Shown: positions 50,860 through 63,075 of the stretch, one piece after another
Layout of the letters: every line of letters begins with the position of its first letter
Position numbering within the stretch: position 1 is the first letter of the stretch
Position numbers and translations under genes: made by a program
The notes under the pieces: generated by a model
The model's input: only the letters and a program-made list of their open reading frames with translations
The model's database searches: none
Told to the model about the DNA's origin: nothing
Assembly (NCBI GenBank): GCA_973895155.1
Contig: OZ316896.1
Location: forward strand, 20,076,754 to 20,140,753
Origin: Marsupella aquatica
Taxonomy: Eukaryota; Plantae; Marchantiophyta
DNA: 64,000 bases
Reading direction: 5' to 3'

Positions 50860-52254
50860 ATGACTCGAATTAGGAAAAGCTGGTCATCATCTCGGGGCAC
50901 TGAGGAAGTGGATGTGGACCCACAACCCCCTCGTGCATCTGTTGCTTTTCATGAAGCCTACGTTCGGGATACAGAAGGGAAACCGAAGGCACCTCTCATG
51001 TTTCAACCAGCCGATGACTATGGTATCCAGATGTTGGCTGCAGTTACTGTGCAGTCCATGGGGCCAGACTCTAGCATCCGTAACCTTAAGCGAGAGAATG
51101 TTCCTGCTCAGGTGATTGCTGCACTGAAGGCAAAGTCACGACATCGAGAACCTGACTTGAAATTCGTAAAGCGTGAGAGAGATTACACAGGAGTTTGGGG
51201 GCGATCTGATATTCAAGGTCTGGTACGCAAGAGCAGTAGCAAATCAAATCAGTCGTATGATCGCAAACATTCAGCGCTACGGAATTCTGATCATGGATCA
51301 GGCTCATTGCCGAAGAAAGTGGAGGTGGTTGATTCTGATTTGACAGCCCGAGTGGAACGTGCTAAGACAGGTTCGGTGGGAAAACTTCAAAGCGTGATCT
51401 CAGGCCACTGTTTAGAGCGAGAACCGAGCACTGAGGAAACCCCAACATTCCTTCACTTACGACTGGACTTTGGGCACTCTACAGGAAGAAAGAGGAGCCG
51501 GAAGAGGAGTCAGCAACCTTGGAAGTCCGACTTAGAGCATGTGCCATCGGCAACTGGTTCCGGGACAGACCAGAAACCAGTTACTAGTGAAGTTCGCGGT
51601 GTAAGCACTACCAGCACCAAATTACGTAGGTTGATAATCGTGAGGACGCCTCAGGATCAAGCTACATGTCAGACGTTTATAATAAGAGCAGGGTCAACGA
51701 ATGGAGTCACTGGCAACGGTAAGGTGAACGAGGACGAGCCGGGATTGACGACTGTTTTGACCAACGATGTTATGAGGAAGTATCAGCCAAATGCAGGATC
51801 AGAGGAAGTAAGGGAGGATGTCGACGACAGGAACGAGCTCAAGGAGAAGGCAGACAAAGTTGTGAGCGCTGTTGATGACCGCGAAAAGCACACGGAAGAG
51901 TTTCAGGAGGCAGGGATCATCGATCACCTGGATGCTCCGAGATCGGATAGTGCTAAGGTAGATAGTCGTACCCAGCAGAAATCAACTGGCGAAGATATTT
52001 TCCCCAAGAAATGGAAATACAAAGGGCTAGCTGAGATCGCTGAGAAGGACAAGGCGCTTAGTGGGAAACAGTGCGCAAGAACTGACGGGCATAGCTGGCA
52101 ATGTCCATTGAGAGCGGTTGAGGGTTTCGCCCTGTGTCAACATCATCTGAACAAGGTCCAGTTGAAGAAGTTGCTCAAAAGCAACGCGGAAGCAAAGGAT
52201 CTGACAAGAAAGAGCAAAAGCAAGCTTCAATTCCTCACAAATCTGGCGAAGTAG
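50860..52254 (+). CDS. WRC-domain (C3H zinc-binding) protein, 464 aa, no QLQ domain
   Basis: Long ORF with GCCATG start just after a pyrimidine-rich acceptor (TTTTTGTCGCAG). The C-terminal QCARTDGHSWQCPLRAVEGFALCQHH fits the WRC pattern C-x9-C-x10-C-x2-H. Has N-terminal MTRIRK and an NLS-like RKRSRKR. Confidence 0.85.
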   Translation: MTRIRKSWSSSRGTEEVDVDPQPPRASVAFHEAYVRDTEGKPKAPLMFQPADDYGIQMLAAVTVQSMGPDSSIRNLKRENVPAQVIAALKAKSRHREPDLKFVKRERDYTGVWGRSDIQGLVRKSSSKSNQSYDRKHSALRNSDHGSGSLPKKVEVVDSDLTARVERAKTGSVGKLQSVISGHCLEREPSTEETPTFLHLRLDFGHSTGRKRSRKRSQQPWKSDLEHVPSATGSGTDQKPVTSEVRGVSTTSTKLRRLIIVRTPQDQATCQTFIIRAGSTNGVTGNGKVNEDEPGLTTVLTNDVMRKYQPNAGSEEVREDVDDRNELKEKADKVVSAVDDREKHTEEFQEAGIIDHLDAPRSDSAKVDSRTQQKSTGEDIFPKKWKYKGLAEIAEKDKALSGKQCARTDGHSWQCPLRAVEGFALCQHHLNKVQLKKLLKSNAEAKDLTRKSKSKLQFLTNLAK

Positions 52255-52538
52255 CATCATCCTTCCTACCAGGTTTGCGCTGTGCGAGTCATGTCGCAAC
52301 AAGGTCCGGAGGAGGCATAAGACAGCCGTTGAAGCTACACTTTCACTGATGTTTCAGACTTGAACAGTTTGGAGGAAGACGTATTTTTATGACATTGGAA
52401 TTTTATTCCTCTGTTCCAACCTCAATTCAGATTGAGGCTCTCCTTCAGAAGTCTTGGCATAATTGAAGACAGTCGCAGTTCATAGACAGTAAAACCACAG
52501 ATTGTGGCAGCGTTTTGACGAGAGAATCGTCGAGGGTT

Positions 52539-52657
52539 TAGGGTTTCTTAGTAGTTGGTCGAGTAAATAGGGGTTTCTTAGTAGTTGGTCGAGTAAATAG
52601 GGGTTTCTTAGTAGTTGGTCGAGAAGATAGGGGTTTCTTAGTAGTTGGTCGAGTAAC
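52539..52657. repeat. 30-bp tandem repeat x4
   Basis: GGGTTTCTTAGTAGTTGGTCGAG four times at 30-bp spacing. Confidence 0.92.
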
Positions 52658-55407
52658 CCTAGATATTGCCAAGGATTCGTGTCTGAGATAAGTCCAAATT
52701 CAGAATTGTTCACTCATTTTGGTCGCCAAGCTCTGGTGATGATAGAAGCAGTGAGATGATTGAAACATTTAATATTTTCCCTTGTTTTTTTTTGGCCTCC
52801 TTTCTTTCCCAGTTTGGAGCTTTTTGTTGGCACTTTTTGTTCTTTGGCAACTTAATATTATGTGTACTAAGATGTTAGTAATGGGAGTGGAGAAGAAATG
52901 CTCTCATTTATGGGGTCAATGTTCAGATCTATGGTCCTCCTTAGAGCTAGTAAGATATGATGGCTTAAATAAATGTGTTAGGAAAAGAAAAAAACATTAT
53001 AAATCAATTGGCAAAACATTCATCTACTGAATTGGGTTATTGGTCAGATCTAAAAGGTCCTCTTTAAATTTAGGAAGATCTGATGGGTAAATGACTCTTT
53101 CCATGATGCGTGAAATGAACAATCGTGGCTCTTCATTAGACCATTAGAAAAGAAAAAAATCTTATATGTTGGGGCACATGGTGGCAAGTTATTATCAATC
53201 ACATGCAATTCCTCTATTAATTTAAAATTTTCTTAAGCAATCTACTGTAGAGTGTTGTGTTTCCTGTTGCAATTCCATGGGGGTTCAATAATTCTGATTT
53301 CATCTTTTCATCTTTCTGACCCACATGCAAAGTACCGGTAGGCAAGGGTACCATGGCTATGTGGGAAGTTATGGAGCGAGGGAATCAAAGAATTGTGAAC
53401 TGAACATTCACAAGTCTTCACAAGACCAATTAGAGAACTATTCTAAGATATTTGACTTTGGTATATGGACAGACAAAACAAAACTAAACTCGTGAATGTA
53501 CTACTATGCCACTTTTCTTTGTCTTATATATACTTTGCGGCTCTTCTTTTAATTAATTACTCTATTGCCATCCTTTCTCTTTGCCACTAGTACTTTAATT
53601 GTTATTTTGCATCTTTTTCTAGCGCTTGTTAACCAAATTAACCATGCTTGTCTTGAAACAATCTGATGGACATCGAAGTCCTCTCTTGGGGCTTTCACTT
53701 ATTAAGGGTGGTTCCCATATTACACCAAATGTAATCAGGTAACAAACCCCCCTAAAATAAGGACTTCTTTAGTATTTTATCCCTGTCTTTTTGGAACATT
53801 CCTGAATTGGTTGAAAAACACCAATATTTTTTGATAATGCTCAAAATGAACCCCTAACGTTCTTTTACCAAACAAATATAAGTCTTGGACCAAACCCAAT
53901 AGAATAAACTTATATTAATTTGCACTAATTGATGGGTTGTAAGAAAACAAGTGAGGACCCCTGGCCAGTGTCCTCTACGCTCACTGCAACACCCTTTCCC
54001 TGCATTCGGTTAAGTCTCTACCAAGGGGCGTGCATTGTGTAGTGTATAAGTGCATACAACTACTCCATGTAAATGATTCACCGCACATCAATAAGTGCCT
54101 CCTTTGTACAAGCTATACTATTGGATAAATGCTTTATGCACTTATGTATCTGTATTAGTGAGGGTCACTAAATATGCAGTGTTGGTGACTGTTTTAGAAA
54201 AAAAAAAATTGTATTTTCAAGGGATTACATGATGGGCCTGTACTAATAGACAAAAATGCACTTGTGTATGATGGACTGCATAGTGCACCAAATGAGTACC
54301 AATATGTACAAACATGCCATCAAACTCAAGCATGTTGGGACATGGAATTTATTTAAACAGTAATATATATGCAATCCAACTCTTTCTCTCGTGATCTGTG
54401 TATAAGATGTCATTCAGGCAGGAAGTCCCCCCCCCCCCTGCCCTTTTGATTGTGGTGACATTTTTTCTTAATGTTCAGATGTACCTAAAGGTGCCACTGT
54501 GCACATTGTCCACATACAACATGAAACTCTTCCCCCCAGCTGGGCACACTCCTTGAAATTCAGTGGATAGGCCTACTCTTTAACTCCCCTTAGCATCTGA
54601 TTGCCTGGCCATCTCACTTAGTTATGCCTGACAAACATTTCCCTATAACCTCACTTGATATTACTATCTACAATATTCTGCAACTTACCCACTCACATTG
54701 GGCCTAGAGATGTTTTAATATCCAATTCCAACTGACTACCACTGAGCATGACACCAGAATGGAATGGAGGCTCCATGGTCCCTCCATTCACTTGTGATTG
54801 AGGGTCCACAAGTCTTCATTGGCTATTTCTACTGATGATCATAATTATCGTTGGGACATGAATGATGTAATCCTCCTAGAAGCTCCACTCTGTGTCATCA
54901 AACAGTTTTTAGTATAAGTAGTAAGTGAAATCTTGGCAGTAGAATGTCTTACTGCAGAGGGTTCCTTGCCACCCTGCTGATGCAGTCTAATGATCTCTTT
55001 TCCTAGTTCTAATGCTTGACAATGGTATTGTAGCTAAGCCATGAATTGAGGTATATACCTGTGGGTAATTGTTTATCTCCTTACAAAATCCATGTTATAA
55101 ATTAGATATACTTATTCATTGACTAATGTGGATAAGTTGGTCTCTAGGCTTTGTAACTCAAAACACAAGCAAATTATTTTCATTGGTTCTTTAAAAACTT
55201 AGTTTTACTTGAACAATAATGATGTGCCCAGATGTTTAGCAACTTCCCTGTCCACTTCAAATTTTGTTGGGTCAACACTGCTTTCCACTGTGATTCCAAC
55301 TTTGGGCCCCAGATTCCATCAAATAGTGCCTTAAATGTATCAGAAAATCACAGTTAACAATGAGTTATAGATCATCGAAAGCTTCTGATTGTGAGTCATG
55401 AATAAGA

Positions 55408-55683
55408 TGTAAGAAACCGTCAGCTCCGGACCAGACAGCAATGCGGAAACATGAGAGAGACACTCAATCAGACGCTACACCAACAAGACATCCCGAGTGG
55501 AGAAACTCCTGAAGGCTCCATAGCAAATGAGAGTACATGTGAAGAATGAGGGAGAGAGTGCTCCTCCCTCCAACCTATACCCCCCAAGGGGGCCAAGATA
55601 TGTGGGCCTAAACTAAGCGGATCTTATCCTAATGTGATCCAGGGTTAACTAACTAAGCCAGGAACTCGAGTCAATTCCTAACA
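55408..55683. mobile_element. solo LTR (276 bp) with a 5-bp target-site duplication
   Basis: Begins TGTAAG and ends CTAACA, flanked on both sides by TAAGA (55403-55407 and 55684-55688). Confidence 0.8.
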
Positions 55684-56765
55684 TAAGACATATCAAAGCG
55701 ATGCTCCAAAAATGACTAATTTGATTTTATGGATCCTCATGGTGAGTTATGTGATCTTGGGGTTGAAGGGAGCAAAGGTTTCATAATTCCTGGCTTCCTA
55801 CAATCATTATTGAAAATAATGTGACATTACACTAGACCCCGCACTAGACTTAGTCCCCCACTCAGTAAGGTCAGCGGACAAAATGCATATTGGAAAAGAA
55901 TGAGCCATGCCAAAGGGAAAAGAGGATTAGACTGGATTTTACCTGTCCAGAGTCCTCAGGATCTCATATTTGAGATAAATAGCTAGTTGTGGAGCGTTGC
56001 TTGTTGTCTTCATTGGCTTTCAAGATGGGAATATTTGAGCAAGTTTTTCCAATAAAATATGCCTCAATATCCATTCCCCATTTCAACATTCCCGCACCCC
56101 ACTGCATCCCACCCAACCCTGGCCCCCAGAGAAAAGAAGTGAGCAGGCCTAAGTCAAGTGATCATTCTTTCAAACAGACGCAAAAGTGATTTTTGTGGCT
56201 TAATTGGCTCAAGTATCTTTGCGAGTTAGTGGGATGCATCACCTATCATGCTTTACATGTTAGTTTTGTTTGATGACAGAGACGGCTGTGGTCTTGTGAG
56301 AGTCCTTGAAACAATTATGACCAAAACCTGGGGATGGACTTGTACCCTAACCACAGATCAGTAGCAAACTCATATATGACTCATCAATGTCTAATAAAAT
56401 GGGAGCTCCATGATTCTAAGGTAACTAAACTATGAGGTACAACAAAAAAACTATGACGCAAGCGTTGATTACTATAACCATGGTAGGTCACTCTGTCCTT
56501 TGAGACCTCAAGAAGATTAACACTTATACCAATGCTTAAATAAATTAGTACCAACTTAAAACTGTGCTACACCTTAATTATCCACCCCCCCCCCCCCCAG
56601 GCCTTATCCCAACATAGATAGTATGATCTTTTTCACAAAGTTGTCTTATTTGTGAAACTATCCCCATCTTACTCAGCTGCTCCATTATTGGTTATCAAAG
56701 GAAATCGGGCAAAACAAGATATCCATACCTGGTGCATGAAGGGTGAATATACCAGCAAGATGATT

Positions 56766-59700
56766 TTATAAGAACCACAGACGATCCTGCAAATTTTTGT
56801 GGGCATTGAGGTCATAGTTTTGACGTCGGTCCTTATGCTCGAGAAGATAGTTTTCCATATAATGCTTTGCCCGGAATGCTGCCAGATGGGAATAATATAC
56901 CGGGGTGACAAGGGACACACTCTTGGAACATCGCTGGTATGTGTGGGAGAGGTAGTAGATTAGTCTGTATAAATCTGCCCGCCCCAAGTTGATTTGATCT
57001 AGCAACACATAGTAATGTGTTGCACGACTGGTACCTTTCAAAGGAGCTTGGTTGCACAAGAAGAAGTCATAGTCTTTTGGATGTGTCACCCCCTTGTCTA
57101 TCACTGTTCCTTGGCTTATGTTTATCCATGTTCCATCTTTGTTTGTTTGAAAGAAGCGAGTGTGGTGTCGCTTTACCTGCATTGTGCACAAAGTCAACCC
57201 TCCATGCGTAACTATTTCAGTTTACATCTGTGGCACGCCATATGTAAAGAATGGGAAGCAAATCTCTTTTGGCAAGTAAGAAACATTCTATTGAGGGTGG
57301 AGTTATAAGCTTAGAATGATGGGATTTCCATACAAACCTGTGAGCCCAAATAGGGAGTCTAAACATTCCAAAGCTCACAGCGGTTAAGTACTAGTGAGTT
57401 CTTGATTATAGACGTGCAACCATTATGTCCGACTTTCCTTGGAAACAATTCTTATAGACTTTAGAATCAATATTCTGTAACATTGTATTCTTAAGAGACA
57501 TCCATAAGCCATGGTCGTAAGACATCTTCATAGGAGTGGCACAAAACAACAAAATTTTAAAATTCATCTGACACAGGGAATGGTGATGGTTAGATGTTAT
57601 GAACTGACCACTTTGCCTCCCAGTTTGCCTACTGCTCAAAGATTTGGACGCCCAGATGAGTGGTTTCAGGCTAACTACAGTTGGTAACTTGCTTAAACCA
57701 GTATTGGAAAAGGTGGCAATGATTATGTGTTTAGATAAATGATTATAATTAAACTATAAAAGTGACAAAGTATCTATCAAATAAAGCACAATCAAAATCT
57801 AGAATAAGTTCTTGTGGTCTAGATTGTTAACAATGGGCTGGGCACAACTACCATATCTACTCAGATTAAAAACTCACCTAAATAGTGACAAAGTATGTAT
57901 AATTATCTATCTAATAAAGTGCAATCAAAATCTAAATAGGGGCCTATGGTCTAAAGTGAAACCTCTAGACAATATCTTTGGGGCGCAGCTACCTTTGGGG
58001 ACAGAATAGGAAATGGGCATGATGGCCTGATCATACTCACCAGGCATCTACTTACCATCTAAACTTCTAAATTCAGGCTAGTTTAGATAAAAGAGAGTGC
58101 CAAGTACTTAATAAATAAATTTAACGTTAGACTCACCGCTAGGATGATTGTCAGTTGTGGCTTATAATTGGCAACTTCCTGCGCAGCTTCCAGAATCCTC
58201 ACTCCCTCGTAGCGAAGAACATCAAGATATTTGGTCTCACTTACTCCATCGCGAAAGAAGAGGATCTGTTGGGGCCAACATCCTTCTTTCTGCTGGTACA
58301 CTTGTAGCAAATCTTTCACCATTGCCTTCAAATCTTGGATAATCTCTTCCCCAGACGCTTGTGACTGTATCCGAGTCGCATAATTTAAAAAGCTAGAACT
58401 TGTGGTTGCCACAACTGCTGCAATGGAGCGCATTCCTCAGGGATGTGTGACATCTGCTCCAAGCAGAATAGTTTTCTTACTTTGATTTTCATGAGTGAGG
58501 GAAATATGGTTTAAACGTACAGCCAGTTTGCCCTGCTGTAAACTTGCTTTGTGACACTCGAAAGTTTGCCCCACCACATTTCACATTGATTTTCATCAGC
58601 AGGTTCACTATTGACATTTTGATCTTGTTTGGGTCACTCTCCTTCTTTGTCAACACAACTTGTATAGGCACTCCATGCACTATGTCGCACTCAGCTTTTA
58701 GTGCCGCATACTCCGGATTCATTTTGTGTGCCATGAAGCAAATGATGAGATTCAACCTCGGGCCCATCCCCACGAGCTTCTTAACAGCATCTTTTACTAT
58801 TCTCTGTCGTTGTTCATTTGAACACTGACGACGACGTCTAGTGGCAGTGTGCTTGCAGTTTGGATATCTGTCTTGCCAAATAATGCCCAACTCATTTGCC
58901 TTTCGATGTAGTATTTCCAGGAAACACTCTTGCCACGCTATGTTTTCTTCGTCAAATGACAGGATTCCCCACGGATAGACTGTCCCCGCATCAATGAACT
59001 TCTGATTTGTGAAAGTGAAGGTGGGGTTGGGGTTGGGCCTATTGGGTTCATCACCAGACCATCGCAGTAGTTGGGTGTCTCTTGCTTCCATATTGGGTTT
59101 GGCTAATTTGAACGCGTCAATTGTCATCATTATTGGCTCCAAATATATTTTGAACATCTTTTCTGCTGTGGTCAGGTTTGATATTGGATCTTGGTGTGAC
59201 CTGCATGATTTTGTTCAAAGAGCACAAATGTCAATTTGTCAATTGTGAGGATAACTACATGATGATACAACATCCCAGCGGATTCCAAAAGCATTATCAT
59301 TAGGCTACATAGGATCAAACAAGTCTAGTTTCCCTTCCCTACATACCCCACTCCAAAAACTATCACATCACACAATGGGAAACGCATGTTTGTATATGTA
59401 CCGATGACGATTTTGCATCCAGACTAGGATGTCACCACACCGTTTATGGGGGTCTCGTTCCAGTTCTCTAAGCAACCGGGTATCTTCAAGGGGGCCGGCA
59501 TAACGGGATGCAAAAGTGGTGTTGCAACACCCCCACGGCAGGTAGTGCTCTTGCCTCTTACTCAATTTGATAGCTGGCATGTTCCCACACAGGTCATCTT
59601 GGTTCAAGTTGTAGTTTTCAACCATGAATTGACACAAATTCCCTGTGAATGGTGTGTTGTACAGTCCCTCCACATGAGTCATATCAGCACGATTCTCCTC

Positions 59701-62549
59701 AATTTGGTAAATGGTGAAATCATTGTTTAGCTTTCTCTCACCCCCAAGCTCCCTTCTGTGCGACGATCCAATTTGCAAGTTTTTCCAACATTCATTAGCG
59801 ATGCCCACTTGCTCTTCATTCCAAACGCTTTGGTTCGTCCATTGATCAAAAGACCTCCGCTTTGCTTCGGGAAGATAATAGCTTCTAAACAGATCCCAAG
59901 CTACCTGCAAGGGTGTGTTTGGTTTATAGAATGCACTTGTCATGATGTCCACATTCAATGTCAATCCTCCCTGAAGTGCTCGAACACTTTGGAAATAGCC
60001 TGACCTCGAGATGAGGAGGCCATGATTGCCTAGTCTCTTTTCATTGCCCTTGTTAAAGTAATATCGCCCGGACTCAAAGTAGCCTGTTTTCACACAATAC
60101 TCCTTCATGACCATATTTAGGATCCTTATAGCATCCTGAAAAAACAACAAGGGGAACACACAATTAGGTACACCACATCTAGTATTCAGAATGGCTTGCA
60201 TGTACTCATCAAAAGAACAAGTCAAGAACCAACCAATGAAGAGGATTAAGTAAGAAACCACCATCCTAGGTCCAAGAACTTAGAATTGGTGTCAATTGAT
60301 TGAAAAATTGTCCAGGGAGAAGCCCAATAGCAGAGGTATTTGCAATGTATTAATATGCATACAATTGCCACAAAACTGGCACTGTCTCAATAGTGCATAT
60401 TTGTCCATAGACTTGTACTATATGTGGGGCTTCTCTGTGGATGCATTTGTCGATTGACACCACTTACTTCTTAGAACTAGTACCCTGTTTTCTTACCTAG
60501 CTAGATGCTCAATGTGGAGTGCCACTCTTGTAGAAACAAACCTCAATAACCTCTGGTTAACCATATATCCGTGCACATTAGTGAATATTCTAGAATCCGT
60601 GGCATATATATTAGTGAACAACACTAGCTAGTTTTCATAACAATCTAGTAATAAAATCTCAGATAAATTTAAACCTTGGAGTGTCCATAGTAAGTGCATA
60701 CGTTTGGAAAGGCATTTCTCTCGTCAAGATTATTACTCAAAAAATTGATGCAGCTCTCCCAATCAAGAATCTCATTGAATTTGATGAAAACACTTTTTTC
60801 TCCGTTAAGAAGAGTGACCCCTTGTTTTATTTCCCCCTCTTCCCATGCAAAAGGTGCATTCGAAATCATCATAGGGCCACCATCATAGACGTGGTAGATT
60901 TTATTCATGCCTTTTGGATCATTGCCATGTATTGTAACAATCTCATCCCACCACACTTTTTTCAAATCTTTCAATAACTTGCGGCCTTGAGACTCAGATG
61001 GCCACAGAACTGAGTACCTGTTGATTTCAAGGGTGACAAGGATATTTCATGACAAAAAAATCAGCAACCAAGCAAAATTAATCAGACCCTAAATTTATGT
61101 GCAGAACAAGCTATTCTATTTGCCTTAGAACTAATGACCGCAAGATGCCAAACAACATATACACTGGTCCTTGCCCAGATGTGGAATTCAACCATTTTCA
61201 CTCCAAGGTAGGCCCAAATGCACGCAAAGTGTAGGGCAAGCTATTTAAGTTTTATCAAACTGTCCCTCAAACTAAGCCATGGTATATTTTCAAAGAAAGC
61301 TGGCCCGGTGTATATAACGGGCCCTAGGTAAGTACTTTGACTCACAAATATAATCCCAGATTATTGTCCCACCTACTTAGAACTCATTATTTTTTAAGTC
61401 AGACCACTTTGGAGCTTTCACCCAGGCATTCACTAGTTCTATATAGATACAAGAAAAAAATGAGTAATGGAAGCTTTGAACATGGAAAAACACTTAGGCC
61501 ATTAAAATGGCTAGGACTAAAATTCATGAATAAGAATCAACTAAGGCCTGATGAGTTATTTGTGAGTATATATGTACACATATATTTTTAAATTTGTCTA
61601 TTATGTATTGTGAATAAGTCAAATTTAGTGGAAGAGTTGCATAAGAATTTGTTACAATATGCAAATATAAAGAAAGATGACAAATTACCTACATAAATGA
61701 CAATTGTTAGTTTCACTGTGATGCATCATAGTAAGGAAAATGAAACTGACTTTGAAATCAATGAGTAAGTTTTCACAAAAAATTATACACGACATAATTT
61801 TGATGCAGAAAAGGGAAGTAGCGGCTGCAAAAAAGTCTAGGGCAGGCCTTCATAACTTGCACTCACGTTGGACTATATGTTAGGGGCCATGGTTAACCAT
61901 GGTTAGGGCCACTCAGGATTTTAATGAGACAGTGGTGGCTTCAAAATATCCAGTGGTCTGCAGTTTTATTTGTTAGGACTTTATCGTCTTGCATTATATA
62001 CAAATTGTTCCAAATATTCTATGCAAAGTACTCCACCCACATGCCTATTGCGCAACATCAAATAGAATTATGCTCCTTCAATGAAACAAGGATTCAATCT
62101 TACCATGAGACAAAATAATAGGTTTCAGTGTTGAGAAACATACAAGTAAAATTGGGTTTGTAAATTTGCACTACTGCTTGCTAAGTCAGGTTGGGGGATT
62201 TCACTAAAGCTTGGTAATGTCATTTTGAAGTGGTTTGCAGAAACCTTAGTAATAGTGACTCCTGAAATTTCAATGCCCGATCTTAGATTTGGGGGGGATG
62301 GGGGCCTTGCTGGAAATATGGCTTGTCTTCCTTGAGAATAGCCTTGATATATGTTGAGATCATTTGAAATTTGCTTGCACTGTTGGTCATATGATGCATC
62401 ATTCTCCTTGCTAACTCGAAACACATTCTGACAGAGTATCTTCACATACTTTAACCAGCTAGTTGTTTCATTATCAAAGTTTAAGGTTGTGGATGTGGAC
62501 GGCAGATTTGCATTTGGTAAGACATTACTTGGGTCAATTGTCGTGTCTT
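56766..62549 (-). pseudogene. AGO: divergent Argonaute (N-L1-PAZ-L2-MID-PIWI), apparently disrupted by one frameshift and one premature stop
   Basis: GT-AG exons 62549-62144, 61017-60702, 60135-59402, 59200-58137 and 57176-56766; the 5' start is unresolved. Motifs: ANHFK, FYLYSV, VYDG, GYFQSVRALQGGLTLNVD, YLP, KINVKCGGAN, LGADVTHP, FFRDGVSE, KRHHTRFF, GTSRATHYYVL, PVYYSHLAAFRA, terminal LWFL. The 1064-nt exon has one extra base (frame change ~58480-58550), and TGA at 58437-58439 follows THP. Confidence 0.88.
60266..60480. mobile_element. foldback/MITE-like element in an Argonaute intron
   Basis: GGTGTCAATTGAT...GAGAAGCCC on the left is inversely matched by GGGCTTCTC...GTCGATTGACACC on the right. 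Confidence 0.5.
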
Positions 62550-62911
62550 CTGCTAATTAAGAAACATTCACCCATTAATCACATAGAAGGTGGTCCTACA
62601 TTGTCATTGTCTTGACTTTGCAACATTAATGACCTGGAAGAGCAACAAGTTTGGGTACTACCACTCTTGTGGCATGAATATGCTATAAGTGTGGTACAAT
62701 TCACTGTCCTTGTTCACCCAATGCACATTCTCAGTAAGATTCCTTCCTGTATTCCTTTTGAAGTCCAAGCCAAATTCAAACAAACCCATTTTACTATCAT
62801 CATCCCCTTAAAATATATATGATAAAGCATTAGTAAGGGTGTTGATAGCTGAGGTGGGGGTACCAACAGTCATTCCATGAAAGGTGTATAATGAGTACGA
62901 CTGTATAGGGT

Positions 62912-63075
62912 AATGGGTGTTTCAGGGGTTGTCCCTTTGCAAACATATGTAATTTTGGGCTCTATCTATCAACAAGAAATGTTGTCTTGCAAGGGAAATG
63001 GGTGTTTAAGGGGTTGTCCCTTTGCAAACATATATAATGTTAGGCTCTATCCATCAACAAGAGATGTTGTCTTGC
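62912..63075. repeat. ~85-bp tandem duplication
   Basis: AATGGGTGTTT..GGGGTTGTCCCTTTGCAAACATAT...GGCTCTATC.ATCAACAAGA.ATGTTGTCTTGC occurs twice. Confidence 0.9.

Noticed and set aside
52480-52713. ORF with (LLDQLLRNPY)n repeats
   Set aside because: By-product of the 30-bp tandem repeat, with a non-ATG start and antisense to the WRC gene 3' region.
62550-62640. Argonaute start exon (MLQSQDNDNVGPPSM)
   Set aside because: Followed by stops, and the implied intron (~22 nt) is too short, so the 5' end is left unresolved.
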